A stretch of 64,000 bases of DNA from Spirochaetia bacterium (GTDB lineage: Bacteria; Spirochaetota; Spirochaetia; DSM-2461), in the NCBI GenBank assembly GCA_963666985.2, contig CAXXIA010000002.1:1280001-1344000 (forward strand), in the 5' to 3' direction. Below the pieces are notes generated by a model, which worked only from the letters and a program-made list of their open reading frames with translations, was not told the origin of the DNA and searched no databases. Positions 39,476-49,531 of this stretch are shown here, in pieces. The position numbers and the translations under genes were made by a program. Numbering within the stretch: the first letter of the stretch is position 1; every line of letters begins with the position of its first letter.

Positions 39476-40932
39476 TCGGATGCCTGGGCAATCAATTCCG
39501 CCGCGAAAGACCGTCCGAGCTGACGAAAAGCGGCATTCACGGCCTGCCGCCCGTTTCCGGCCCGGCTGGTTTTCGAGATGGTCGATCGATAGACATGAAC
39601 CTGCCGATTGATATCCGAAAGAACGAGTGTCCCGGAAACCCTCACGGTGTATCCGTCACCGTCCTGTTCAAAACTTTCCAGAGAAACGGTACCGAAAATA
39701 ACCCGATCATACCGGGTGGAAAATCGGACATCGGCCTTTAAATCGCGAAGCAGGGCCTTCTCGCTCCTGTCGATCATTTCCCGGGGATCGAGATCCATGA
39801 TTTCCACATCGAATTCGTCGGCTTGAAGATCGCTGAAAAGCCCGTCGGCCGCCGCGCTGGACTCCAGCGGATTCCCGGCCAGATCCGTTTCCAGGATAAG
39901 GATGCCGGTGGGAATCGTCCTGATGGGATTATAAGCTTCGTATGCCGCTTCGGCTTTCGGAGTTTCAAGGGTTGCAACCAGCGTATCGATATGAGGATCT
40001 CCTTCGCCATTCAGATATTCAAGGAGCGGATCGGCGCTGGGTGCGATGGTAACAACCTGCGTGCCGGAATATCGGACTTCGGGCGGACGGAAAATGATAA
40101 AGCCGCGGGCATCGGAGGAAATCCTGACGGAACCTTTGGCCGGTTTTCCTTCGCGGGAAAGGACCGGATAGGTAAGAACGAACTCCGCATTCCCCAAAGG
40201 TTTCCCTCCGGACGATATCGCGAAGATAATCGGTGTTTCCGGTCTGGAACCGACGGAGGCCTTTTCCGGAACGGATTCCACCGTGTATTTCAAATCCAAA
40301 AGAACGAAACCGGCCTGGCGCAGGGCCTGACGGTAGCCGGAAGAATTTCCATTCGTTTCGGCAACTCCGGCCGCCTTCGCCCAGATGAGCGCGGATTCAT
40401 AAAAGTTGCCTTGTTCCGCGGCGGCTTTTGCCCGTTCTTCCAGGTCCCGATAATCGGAACTGCTCACTCCCGTTACATCGGAAAGTTCATCGGCCATGGC
40501 TTCGAAGGCGGCCGCATCCCAAGAAATATCGACAACATAGGAAATCGTCTTATCCGAATTTTCCCAGCCCGCGATGCGAACAACGGAAAAGCCTTCGAGC
40601 ACCGATACGTCCGATGTTGATCTGACGGCCGATTCAACATCCAGCCGAAAGGCGTTCACCTTGGCCGCCCCCTCGGAACTCCAGCGGGATTCATCTCCGA
40701 GGTTCATGGCCGAAATGATCTTTTCCGTTAAATCCTCAATGGCTCCTTCTTTGGCCAAAACCGGGCTTTCATTTCGTGCCTCTCCGCGGAACGCAAGAAA
40801 ACCCTCGGCCGCTTCGGGTGGAACGGATACCCACTCGGGAGGTGCTTCGAGCAATCGAGGTCCGCCTGCGCATGAAAAAATCAGCAGGGAAAACAGGAGA
40901 AGCAAGAGGAATGTAAACGAGCGTATTTTCAT
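39472..40932 (-). CDS. Hypothetical lipoprotein (LPP20-like N-terminus)
   Basis: MKIRSF...LLIFSC lipobox followed by PPEWV; overlaps the mnmE start. Confidence 0.75.
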   Translation of the reverse strand: MKIRSFTFLLLLLFSLLIFSCAGGPRLLEAPPEWVSVPPEAAEGFLAFRGEARNESPVLAKEGAIEDLTEKIISAMNLGDESRWSSEGAAKVNAFRLDVESAVRSTSDVSVLEGFSVVRIAGWENSDKTISYVVDISWDAAAFEAMADELSDVTGVSSSDYRDLEERAKAAAEQGNFYESALIWAKAAGVAETNGNSSGYRQALRQAGFVLLDLKYTVESVPEKASVGSRPETPIIFAISSGGKPLGNAEFVLTYPVLSREGKPAKGSVRISSDARGFIIFRPPEVRYSGTQVVTIAPSADPLLEYLNGEGDPHIDTLVATLETPKAEAAYEAYNPIRTIPTGILILETDLAGNPLESSAAADGLFSDLQADEFDVEIMDLDPREMIDRSEKALLRDLKADVRFSTRYDRVIFGTVSLESFEQDGDGYTVRVSGTLVLSDINRQVHVYRSTISKTSRAGNGRQAVNAAFRQLGRSFAAELIAQASE

Positions 40933-41051
40933 TCTATATCCGTATTTCCATGACGTTTTGCCGTCGTTCACATTATCCGCCAACAACGGCTTTTTTTCCA
41001 GCGGACTTTCATATTACGACTTTTTTTTGGACAAATTCTTCAAAAATGCAG

Positions 41052-41082
41052 GCTCTTATGCGTAAAGTGAAAACATAAGAGC
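41052..41082. other. Inverted repeat GCTCTTATG-N13-CATAAGAGC (terminator or operator)
   Basis: 9-bp perfect stem in the AT-rich gap between pepT and the lipoprotein gene. Confidence 0.35.
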
Positions 41083-41161
41083 TTATTAGAAATCGCTTGA
41101 TTACTTTCGAACGGGTTCGGCGGCTCCGATCGGCCGGCCGCCTACACCGCAGCCCGCCGAT

Positions 41162-42439
41162 TCACTCCGGCGCGGATTCGGTCCACATTCCGATAAGATT
41201 CAGAATAACGGCAACGGAGCGAACCATGGCGGGCACGGCCACCCATTCATACCGGCTGTGGAAATTCAAACCGCCCGCGAAGATGTTCGGAGTCGGGATT
41301 CCCATGGCGGTTAAACGCGACCCGTCGGTACCGCCGCGGATGGGCCGCTCGATCGGTTCGATGCCCGACGCGCGAACCGCGTTATGAAGCGTTTTAATCA
41401 GGAGGGGATGCTTTTCCACTTCCTCCCTCATGTTTCTGTACTGCTCCTTCGGTTCCACGCTCACCGTACCGCCGGGGAACGCGGCCTCAACCGCGGAAGC
41501 GAAGGAATACAGCGCCTCGGTACGCCGCTTCATGTCATCGGCATCGAAACTTCGGTAGAACACCTGCACGAAAGCGTTTTCCAGTTCACCCTCAATACGA
41601 TGCGGCCAGTAGTTACCATACCGGCCGTCTGTGGCCTCCGGACTCTCATTTCGGGGAAGCATCGCCGTAAACGCCGCCGCCATGGAAACGGCGTTTACAA
41701 GCTTGCCCCGGGCCGCGCCGGGATGAATAACCCGGCCTTTAAAGCGAATATCGGCCTTCCAGGCGTAATAGCATTCGGTCTCAACCTCACCCTCGCGGCC
41801 GCCGTCCAGAGTAAAACAATAGGCGGATTGAAGACGCTCCACCGGGAAACGATTCATCCCGCATCCGGTTTCTTCATCGGGAGTGAATATAATCTCCAAG
41901 TCGCCTCTCGGAGCCTCGGGATGCCGAAGGAGCCAGTTGGCCGCCGTCATAATCTCGGCGATGCCGGCTTTGTCGTCGGCGCCCAAAAGAGTCGTTCCGT
42001 CGGATGTGATAACCGTTTCGCCCTCGTAATCGGCCAAAGGGGTTTCGGCGGGATTCAGAACAATGCCGTCTTTCAGTTCAATCACGCCTCCGTCGTAGCG
42101 CGTATGAACACAAGGCCGCACATCCGCGCCGGGGGCGTCCTGACTCGTATCGACATGGGCCATAAAGCCGAAGCCCGGAACCGCTTTTCCATCAGGCAGA
42201 TTTCCGGGGATACGGGCGATGAGGTATCCGAAGTCATCCAGATAAACATCATCAACACCGATTTCCTTCAGCTCCTTTTCCAAAAGCCGCAGGAGCATCC
42301 ATTGCCCTTCGGTGGACGGAGTCTTCTTTACGGCAATCTCTTCGTTCCCGGTCGTATTAATCCGGACGTATCGGAGGAAGCGTTCCTGAACCTCCTCTAT
42401 GGTATCCGCGAGTACGTTCTCGTATGTGTAAGGTTTCAT
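41162..42439 (-). CDS. pepT: Peptidase T (M20B tripeptidase)
   Basis: AHVDTS, TLLGADDKAG, FTPDEE, IRGGTDG and NFHSRYEW motifs. Confidence 0.97.
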   Translation of the reverse strand: MKPYTYENVLADTIEEVQERFLRYVRINTTGNEEIAVKKTPSTEGQWMLLRLLEKELKEIGVDDVYLDDFGYLIARIPGNLPDGKAVPGFGFMAHVDTSQDAPGADVRPCVHTRYDGGVIELKDGIVLNPAETPLADYEGETVITSDGTTLLGADDKAGIAEIMTAANWLLRHPEAPRGDLEIIFTPDEETGCGMNRFPVERLQSAYCFTLDGGREGEVETECYYAWKADIRFKGRVIHPGAARGKLVNAVSMAAAFTAMLPRNESPEATDGRYGNYWPHRIEGELENAFVQVFYRSFDADDMKRRTEALYSFASAVEAAFPGGTVSVEPKEQYRNMREEVEKHPLLIKTLHNAVRASGIEPIERPIRGGTDGSRLTAMGIPTPNIFAGGLNFHSRYEWVAVPAMVRSVAVILNLIGMWTESAPE

Positions 42440-44133
42440 TTCATTACGCCGCCTGAATGGGATTCCGCCGATTCTTCCTCGGCATTCACGTCATCTTCCG
42501 GACCGCCGAAGAGTCCGGCGAGCATATCGCGCTCCATGGTGTCGGATCCGGAAACCTGCTCGGCGCTCCGGAACAGTTCCTTCAAAGAAAGAATCTCTTC
42601 GGTAAACAGAAGCCGGACGAAAGTCTCCTGCTCGGGGGGAACGGTGGCCGTAATGGCCGAACCGTCTCGGGATAAGGTAAACAGCACGGCGTCTTTCTGC
42701 ACAGCGTAAACAGGCCTGCGGTTTCCCACCCGCCGGGGAAAGAACTCGGCTTCTCGAAAAGCTTCCAGAAGCCGGGAGAGAACGAATTCCGCCAAAGCGT
42801 CGCTCGGCATTTCCAGAGACACGGGACGAAGATCCGATTTGTTATCCGCATTAAGCTGTCTTTTAAAACCGCCGCCGCCCGAAAAGGCTTTCACCAGCAA
42901 GGGAGGGGCAACAAGGTTCGAAATAAGCATCGCCATGACGGCTACGCCGAAAAGACCGGTATCCAAAACCCCTACCGAGAGTCCGAGTCCGGCCATGATG
43001 AGCGTTACCTCTCCCCGCGGCAGCATGCCGGCGCCGATTCGAAAGGCCCCTTTCAGGCTGAATCCCCTCATTAAGGAAGGAATGCCGCAGCCGAGGATTT
43101 TCCCCGTAATACCCAGAAGCGCGTAAACCAAACCGTACACGGCGACTTTCGGCAGGGCTTTAAAATCAACGAGCATGCCCATCACGCAGAAAAAAACCGG
43201 AACGATGAAGGAATGAATGCCTTCCATCCGCAGGCGGATATCCTCGGCGACATCGGTGCTGGATAATGCCAAGCCCATCACGTAAGCGCCGATAATCATC
43301 GCCAAACCCGCCATCTCGGAGAGTCCGGCCAGAAGCAGTGCCAACCCGAAAGCAATCATCGCCAGAGTCTCCAGATCCTTTAAACCTTTCAGACCCTTTG
43401 TCAGACGCGGCGCCAGGAGAATCCCGATGATGGTGCTGCCGAGCCAAAATCCGAAAGCCTTGAGGGCCGTACGGCCGACAATCCCCCAATCGACATGCCC
43501 CGAAGGACCGCCGTGAGTGTTCACAAGACCGACGACGACGGCCAAAAGGACAATGCCCAGCACATCGTCGAGCACAGCGGCCGAGAGAATCGTTACGCCT
43601 TCCGGACTGGAAAGCTTTCTGCGTTCCGAAAGGATGCGGGCCGTAATCCCCACACTCGTTGCCGTGGCGATGATTCCCATGAACAGGGCTTTCGGATCCA
43701 TCAAGTGATGCACATCAGGCATGAAAAGCACGGCGGAACCGGCACCGAAAAAGAACGTCGCCAAAACACCGCCCAATCCCACAAAAGAACCCGTACCGGC
43801 GAAACGCAGGAAGGTTTTCAGATCGGTCTCCAGTCCGGAAAGGAACAGAAGAACAATGGAAGCCACGGTGGCAAATCCGTAGAGTTCGGCCGTAACCGGC
43901 AGCTCCATTCCCGCTGATAATGCGAAAAGGGGCTCTCCGTGAAAAAACGGCAGAGGGATTCCTCCGAGGGCGAAGGGACCGATAACCATTCCGGAGATTA
44001 GCTCTCCCAGAACCGAGGGCTGTTTAAAATATCTGGAAACAAGATAGCCGAACGTCTTGGCAAAAATAACGATAACCGCCAGTTGAAGAACAAGCTTGGT
44101 CATCAGATGAGTCAGCGACGGTGCTTCGTGCAT
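42436..44133 (-). CDS. Cation:proton antiporter (CPA2/NapA-like) with a C-terminal extension
   Basis: PSVLGEL, LFLSGLETD, ATSVGITARIL, AAVLDDVLG and GMLPRGEV motifs. Confidence 0.92.
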   Translation of the reverse strand: MHEAPSLTHLMTKLVLQLAVIVIFAKTFGYLVSRYFKQPSVLGELISGMVIGPFALGGIPLPFFHGEPLFALSAGMELPVTAELYGFATVASIVLLFLSGLETDLKTFLRFAGTGSFVGLGGVLATFFFGAGSAVLFMPDVHHLMDPKALFMGIIATATSVGITARILSERRKLSSPEGVTILSAAVLDDVLGIVLLAVVVGLVNTHGGPSGHVDWGIVGRTALKAFGFWLGSTIIGILLAPRLTKGLKGLKDLETLAMIAFGLALLLAGLSEMAGLAMIIGAYVMGLALSSTDVAEDIRLRMEGIHSFIVPVFFCVMGMLVDFKALPKVAVYGLVYALLGITGKILGCGIPSLMRGFSLKGAFRIGAGMLPRGEVTLIMAGLGLSVGVLDTGLFGVAVMAMLISNLVAPPLLVKAFSGGGGFKRQLNADNKSDLRPVSLEMPSDALAEFVLSRLLEAFREAEFFPRRVGNRRPVYAVQKDAVLFTLSRDGSAITATVPPEQETFVRLLFTEEILSLKELFRSAEQVSGSDTMERDMLAGLFGGPEDDVNAEEESAESHSGGVMK

Positions 44134-44585
44134 TATTTTCCCCCGAGAAAAACTGCCAGTACCTCTGATGCATCCTTCGCCTTGAGGATTTTGTCCCGCT
44201 GCTCAGGCTTGGTAAGAAGTCCGCTCACTTCGGCCAGGAATTGAAGATGAGGCCCCGCCTGACTCGCCGGTGAAATGGTCATAATGAAGATTCGCGCCGG
44301 TCTTTTATCCATACAGTCGAAATCCACCGGAGCGCTGCTCACGGCGATAACGGCATGCAAATCAGAAACTTCATTGGTTTTCCCGTGAGGAATCGCGATA
44401 CCGTTCTTCATGCCGGTAGACATCTGGGATTCTCTTTCGAGAACCGCTTTATAAATGGCGTTACGGTCCAATCCGGCGTCGTTGGCGACGATGATGTCCA
44501 CCAATTCATTGATGATTTCATCCTTGGTGGTGCCGGGCAGGCCGATCTTGACCGAATTTTCCGTCAAAACCTTCTTAAGATTCAT
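44133..44585 (-). CDS. PTS EIIA (fructose/nitrogen-type) domain protein
   Basis: ERESQMSTG..NGIAIPHGK (phospho-His) and HLQFLA motifs. Confidence 0.92.
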   Translation of the reverse strand: MNLKKVLTENSVKIGLPGTTKDEIINELVDIIVANDAGLDRNAIYKAVLERESQMSTGMKNGIAIPHGKTNEVSDLHAVIAVSSAPVDFDCMDKRPARIFIMTISPASQAGPHLQFLAEVSGLLTKPEQRDKILKAKDASEVLAVFLGGK

Positions 44586-44591
44586 GTTAAC

Positions 44592-44620
44592 AAACTAGAC
44601 TCCGCCGCCGCCAAGGTCAA
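44592..44620 (-). promoter_or_regulatory. Sigma70 promoter TTGACC-17-TAGTTT, 6 nt before ATG 44585
   Basis: Read from sequence. Confidence 0.6.
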
Positions 44621-44716
44621 TAGAGTCCGCTTAAAACAACACCGGCAATAACAAAGCTTCCGTTAAATAACACCTTCCCGGACAATAAAATAGGTTCCGG
44701 CACAACCGACTGCGTC

Positions 44717-44745
44717 TTGACCCGCCCGGGAGGGCGGGATATGAT
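44717..44745 (+). promoter_or_regulatory. Sigma70 promoter of tRNA-Arg, TTGACC-17-TATGAT
   Basis: Near-consensus, 18 nt upstream of the tRNA. Confidence 0.75.
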
Positions 44746-44763
44746 GCCTCTGCATTTGCGAAC

Positions 44764-44836
44764 GCCCCGGTAGCTCAGAGGATAGAGCAACTGCCTCCTA
44801 AGCAGTAGGTCAGCCGTTCGAGTCGGCTTCGGGGTA
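44764..44836 (+). tRNA. tRNA-Arg(CCT)
   Basis: GCCCCGG/TCGGGGT acceptor stem, TAGCTCAG D-arm, ACTGC-CT-CCT-AA-GCAGT anticodon arm, GTTCGAGT T-loop; CCA not encoded. Confidence 0.95.
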
Positions 44837-44958
44837 ATTCCATCGAATTCATACGCCGCTCCTCCGCTCTGCGCACGCGTTCCTTTTTGCGTGTTATTGA
44901 CCCGGTTCTCATAAGTCCGTAACGTTGTGCAATTGAACTTCCTTTGGGAGGGGAAATC

Positions 44959-45552
44959 ATGATACCGCAAGATCTGCATATTCATACCGTTTACTCAACC
45001 GGAGACAGCTCCGTCGTATCGCAGCAAACGCCCGAGCTTATCGCCGAGGTTCGTCATGCCCGCGTTATCGGAATAAGCGATCATATCGAATATCTTTATG
45101 AGCCGGTCTTCCTTAAGTATGCCGAGAAAGTACGGGGGCTGGGCTTCCGCCTGGGTGCCGAAATCGTCAATTACAGCGATATTGATTTTTCTTTGTCGCT
45201 GCCGCTGGAATACCGGGTATTCCACTGTTATGACGAAGACAAATATTATGCGGCGGCCGAGCGTCTTCTGGAATCCGGCGACCCGCTGATTATCGCGCAT
45301 CCCATGGCTCTCGGAACCGATCTTGGGAAAGTGCCTCCGGAGTGCTTCGTGGAGATCAACAACCGCTATATTTGGCGCAACGACTGGGAAGCCTTCTTCA
45401 CACCGTGGAAAGACAGATTTCGATTTATCTTCTCTTCGGACGCTCATCAGCCGAACTGGCTGAACCAAAATGTCGCCCGATACGTCGGTGAAAGCCTGGG
45501 TATTCAAGAAACCATAATTTTTGGTGAAAACGCTCGGGAACACGTCGCTTGA
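44959..45552 (+). CDS. PHP domain phosphoesterase
   Basis: DLHIHT, ISDH, AHP, EIN and SSDAH metal-binding motifs; SD GGAGG. Confidence 0.9.
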   Translation: MIPQDLHIHTVYSTGDSSVVSQQTPELIAEVRHARVIGISDHIEYLYEPVFLKYAEKVRGLGFRLGAEIVNYSDIDFSLSLPLEYRVFHCYDEDKYYAAAERLLESGDPLIIAHPMALGTDLGKVPPECFVEINNRYIWRNDWEAFFTPWKDRFRFIFSSDAHQPNWLNQNVARYVGESLGIQETIIFGENAREHVA

Positions 45553-45553
45553 T

Positions 45554-45659
45554 CAGCAGCTGTTTCGCAACGCGAAATAGCGAGCCCAACAGCTGATTTG
45601 CGGAGCAAATTAGCGATTCAACGAGCCCAGCAGCTGTTTCGCGGCGCGAAACGGCGGGC
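45554..45659. repeat. Three tandem REP-like palindromic units
   Basis: GCTGTTTCGC-aac-GCGAAATAGC, GCTGATTTGC-gga-GCAAATTAGC and GCTGTTTCGC-ggc-GCGAAACGGC, each preceded by CA(G/A)CA and linked by GAGCC. Confidence 0.75.
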
Positions 45660-45682
45660 TTGGCGGCATCGATCAAAAGAAT

Positions 45683-45715
45683 AAAAAAAGGACCGTCTTC
45701 GAAAAAACGGTCCTT
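45683..45715 (-). terminator. Rho-independent terminator of tRNA-Asp
   Basis: AAGGACCGT/ACGGTCCTT stem followed by a T-run on the minus strand. Confidence 0.8.
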
Positions 45716-45721
45716 AGGAGG

Positions 45722-45795
45722 CGGAAGTGACGGGGGTCGAACCCGCGATCTCCGGCTTGACAGGCCGGCGCGATAACCAGCTTCGCTACACCTCC
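45722..45795 (-). tRNA. tRNA-Asp(GTC)
   Basis: GGAGGTG/CACTTCC acceptor stem, CCGGC-CT-GTC-AA-GCCGG anticodon arm, GGTTCGAC T-loop; promoter TTGACC-18-TATATT at 45809-45838. Confidence 0.95.
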
Positions 45796-45880
45796 AACGC
45801 GAGAACAGAATATAGAGCAAAGACCTCCGATTGGTCAAGCCGGAAAATCGGATCGGCACCGAATCGGGCGGGGCGGGTTC

Positions 45881-47662
45881 CTATTCCAAAAGGACCGATT
45901 CTTTGGATAAGGCCTCCGGGTCCAATCCCCTGGCTTTGTATATGGATTCGGCCGGCGAATGCAGTTCAGGAGCGACATACTCCCAGATCCGTACCAATTC
46001 TTCCCGTAGTTCGCGATACCTCTTCAGCCGAGCCAAACCTCTTTCCCGAACGGAAGGAGCCATGGACTCCATTAAGGCTTTCTGTTCTTCGGCCGAATCT
46101 TCCAAAGCAAGACTTCGCTCCCTGATTGTTTCGGCTTTCTCAAGAACTTCCGGATCGCGGGAATCGAAATACTTGTGCATCATTTCGAAAGATTCTCTTA
46201 AGACTTCCCTGGCCTCCACGGCATAAGCTTCCCGGCGGCGCCAGGCCAGAAGATAGGGATCGCCGCCGCCGGTGATAACCGCGTCCAGCTCAGCGAATTC
46301 TTCGCCGATCCTCCAAGCCTGTTTGAGCGACAGAATGGTTTCCGAATACAGACGGGACGTTCGCGTCTTTTCCAGAAAAACCTCAAGCTCTTCTTTTTCC
46401 GAAAGCGTGATGAGTAAAAAAATCCCCCGACTGTTCGCTTTGCCCCTCTCGTCGGTCACAAGCCAGGAATCACCCTCATCGCGAAGATAATTCAAAGCTT
46501 CCTGTGTGCCGAGCAAACTCTCACCGAGCAGCACGCGGCGGACTTCGGCAAGTGAGCGCTCACCGAATGATTCAAGAGCTTCCCGAGCGGTTTTCCGAAT
46601 CTCCTCGGAAGAATCTCCCAAAGCGGAGGCCAGAACGGGCAGCGCTGACGTGGATGCGATTTCCTTCATAAGACGAACGGCATAAAGCCGGTTGATTTGG
46701 GATGATTCCCGATAGAGTTTTGCGAGAACGGGTACGGCTTCATCTCCGTATGTGCCCAAGGCGGACTCGGCTTTTCCGGAAATGCGTTCGTCGGGATTAT
46801 CAAGCAAACCGATAAGCAGAGGAAGGCTCTCTGGGAAGCGCAATCCCTCGATAACATCGAGAGCGGCGATTCTGGAGCGGATATCACGCTTAGAATCGGC
46901 GGCAACATTATGCAGATTCTCCAGCCCGGATTTCCCGAGAGCCAGAGCGGCAAGCTGAGCTTCCCTGCGAATCTCCGGATGAACGGAAGAAAACGCATCG
47001 GAAAACACCGCAGCGTCCTCCGGATTTCCATAACGGCCGAGAGTTCGGTAGGCAACGGAAGCCGCCAAAGGGTTTGAATCGGAAAGAGCGGCGCGAAGAA
47101 GAGGATTCAAGCGGTCGGTTAAGGAACGAACGGCGCGTGAGGCACTCTCTCGAACCCGGACATCGGGATCGGAAAAGTATTCGATCAGAAAGGCGACCGA
47201 CTCCGTTCCGCCCAAGAGAGGCACCAGAGACAAAGCCTCGGCCCTAACGGCCGCATCCCGGCTTCCGGCGGACTCAAGAATATAAGGGCGAAACAAGTCC
47301 GGTTCCGCAAGAATGGCGCGTTTTGCCTCACCCGATACATCGGGATGAGAATCCAGAGCGGAATCCATGATGTACGGACGAAGCTTATCGGCTCCGGATT
47401 GTACCGCGAGGATAACCCCGGCCCGACGATAATCGGGTTTCTCATTCTTCATCAGTTTCTGAATATCCCGGTAGTCCTCGGGAGTAATAACGAATTGTTC
47501 ACCCGCCAGCGCGGCTTCAACCATATCCTTCAGAAACGCAGGATCGTCCAGAACAAGATCGGTGGTACTCCGGCAGGAAAAGAGAAAGAGTGCCGCCGAG
47601 AAAGCGGCCGCGGCGAAATGGAGAAAAACCCTTGGGCGGAATATTCGGCGGATCGGCACCAT
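45881..47662 (-). CDS. HEAT-repeat lipoprotein
   Basis: Lipobox LFSC; repeats such as DPDVRVRESASRAV and DSSEEIRKTAREAL. Confidence 0.85.
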   Translation of the reverse strand: MVPIRRIFRPRVFLHFAAAAFSAALFLFSCRSTTDLVLDDPAFLKDMVEAALAGEQFVITPEDYRDIQKLMKNEKPDYRRAGVILAVQSGADKLRPYIMDSALDSHPDVSGEAKRAILAEPDLFRPYILESAGSRDAAVRAEALSLVPLLGGTESVAFLIEYFSDPDVRVRESASRAVRSLTDRLNPLLRAALSDSNPLAASVAYRTLGRYGNPEDAAVFSDAFSSVHPEIRREAQLAALALGKSGLENLHNVAADSKRDIRSRIAALDVIEGLRFPESLPLLIGLLDNPDERISGKAESALGTYGDEAVPVLAKLYRESSQINRLYAVRLMKEIASTSALPVLASALGDSSEEIRKTAREALESFGERSLAEVRRVLLGESLLGTQEALNYLRDEGDSWLVTDERGKANSRGIFLLITLSEKEELEVFLEKTRTSRLYSETILSLKQAWRIGEEFAELDAVITGGGDPYLLAWRRREAYAVEAREVLRESFEMMHKYFDSRDPEVLEKAETIRERSLALEDSAEEQKALMESMAPSVRERGLARLKRYRELREELVRIWEYVAPELHSPAESIYKARGLDPEALSKESVLLE

Positions 47663-47738
47663 CCTTCTTATTCTCGGCCGTCAGGCCTCTTCTGAAAAGC
47701 CGGTCTTCATTACGGATGAATAGAAGAAAAGAAGGATC

Positions 47739-49511
47739 TTACTCCAAGGCTTCCGAGAAACTCTCGTCGTCCATGAAAAGAACGAAAGGAACTCCCGAGT
47801 CCCGGCCGTACTCGTCGATGCCGTCTTCCGACTGAACAACCAAAATCCCCGACTCCCAATCAGGATCGTTTCCGTCGTTATTGCCGATCTCCACATCATC
47901 AAAACGGATGATGAAATCCCGGCCGGCGAACTCAACGGTCAATTCGTCCGTTCTGGGCAGGAAATTCTCATCATCCGGCCAATTTGATCCTTCATGCGTC
48001 CAAGTTCCCGCAACGTCCAGTCCGTCCAGCCCGCCGCCGCCGTCCTTCATAAAGGTACCGTCCAGAAGAAAGAGAGAATTCCGATAACCGGAATAATTCT
48101 GATATCGACGGTAATTGGTTCCGAAAAAACCGTTCCGATCGATTCCGTGACTGTAAGTTCCTTCATCACCTTCAATGCAGTCTTCTTTCAAATCACCCCA
48201 AACGGAACCGGTCTCATACCACAAATCTTTGAACGACAGCCGAATGCTGTTCAGAGTCCCCAGGAGCACCTCTTCATTGGAAAGCATTCTCGAGCCTTCC
48301 GTCTCGCCGCTCTCTCCCGCCGAATCACCGGAGGCGGAGAACGCTTCCGCCTTGTAGCGGGGATAACCGGTTAGAAACAGAGCATCGTAATCCCGATACG
48401 CATAGGAATCTCCCGAAGCAACGGCGATGTCCTCGGCAACGGCAACCCACTCGCCGCCGCCGTCGTCCAGCCGGAAGAGAGTGTAGGTAAGATCGACGCT
48501 TTGCGGCCGAATCTCAATCTCCGTGTAATATCCGTTCCCGTCCCGGAGGATTCCTTCAGACTCAAGAGTCGTCGCCGTAACCTCCGGTTCTACGGTTAAG
48601 GCATTTCCGATGCCGACGGTATAGGGCGAGAGTCCGGTAAACACCGGATCGTAAGTACCCGCGGCGAGATTCTCCTCGTACCATTCGGCATTAATAAAGT
48701 TCCCTTGGTCATCGACATATCCCGCGGGATCGTATTCGTAGAACTTCCGTGATTTCCCGTCCGGGTCGGTGCAGTATGCTTCCACGGGACCCCATTCGGT
48801 AGGGACTTCCTGACCCAAAATGCTGTCCGAATCGGTGGGAACGGCGAAGGCAAAGAAAAGACGCGTGTAGGTATCCACCGCAACCAGATAGTTATCCAAA
48901 TCGACGATAACGGCCGTTCCCGTAAAACGGTAAAAGACAAAGCGCTCCATCCGGGTTTCGTCACCGCTCCCGAAACACGCCGTATTGTAAGAACTCTCGG
49001 CGGAGAAGAAAGGATTCAGCCCCCGATAAGCATAGTAATTCATATCGGAAATGGTGTTGCCCTGCGCGGACGAATTCGCTCCGAGATAATAAAATTCGTT
49101 CTTCTCGGCGTTCAGCTCTTCCCAGGTTCCGTCTTCGTACCACATCGTCGGGACATTTTCATCGTCGAAGGTAGCGCAGATAAGATCGTTTTCCATAATC
49201 GCCGAGGAAGAAAAATCGCCGGTATCCGGAAGCCGTTCCTTCAACGCCGCGAGTTCCTCGGGATACTCCGAGAAAAGATCTTCATCGATCACGCCGTCGG
49301 CACGAATCGCGGAAAAAATCGAGACGCTCCCGGCGGAAGGTTCTTCTTCCTCCACTTCGTCGTCCCAATCGTTATCTTCATCCGCACCATCGTCTTCGTC
49401 GTCATCGGACTGCTGCTGATAGTAGTAATCCATTGAAATTGGTCTGCAGGAGGAAAGCACTAACGACGGTATGCAAAGAAATACAAAAAGAACGGACGTT
49501 TTCAGCCTCAT
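47739..49511 (-). CDS. Acidic hypothetical lipoprotein
   Basis: Lipobox LSSC; D/E-rich linker; FN3-like segment YTLFR...W...YAYRD...YKAEAF. Confidence 0.75.
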   Translation of the reverse strand: MRLKTSVLFVFLCIPSLVLSSCRPISMDYYYQQQSDDDEDDGADEDNDWDDEVEEEEPSAGSVSIFSAIRADGVIDEDLFSEYPEELAALKERLPDTGDFSSSAIMENDLICATFDDENVPTMWYEDGTWEELNAEKNEFYYLGANSSAQGNTISDMNYYAYRGLNPFFSAESSYNTACFGSGDETRMERFVFYRFTGTAVIVDLDNYLVAVDTYTRLFFAFAVPTDSDSILGQEVPTEWGPVEAYCTDPDGKSRKFYEYDPAGYVDDQGNFINAEWYEENLAAGTYDPVFTGLSPYTVGIGNALTVEPEVTATTLESEGILRDGNGYYTEIEIRPQSVDLTYTLFRLDDGGGEWVAVAEDIAVASGDSYAYRDYDALFLTGYPRYKAEAFSASGDSAGESGETEGSRMLSNEEVLLGTLNSIRLSFKDLWYETGSVWGDLKEDCIEGDEGTYSHGIDRNGFFGTNYRRYQNYSGYRNSLFLLDGTFMKDGGGGLDGLDVAGTWTHEGSNWPDDENFLPRTDELTVEFAGRDFIIRFDDVEIGNNDGNDPDWESGILVVQSEDGIDEYGRDSGVPFVLFMDDESFSEALE

Positions 49512-49531
49512 AACCCATTCCCGCCTTTTTC

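Noticed and set aside
41384..42709. 441-aa plus-strand ORF
   Set aside because: Antisense to pepT; no independent evidence.
45554..45659. Possible mini CRISPR array
   Set aside because: Units are degenerate and nearly abutting, with no 25-45 bp unique spacers and no cas genes.
44764..45795. tRNA-anchored genomic island around the PHP gene
   Set aside because: No integrase and no duplicated tRNA 3' end (att site) found.
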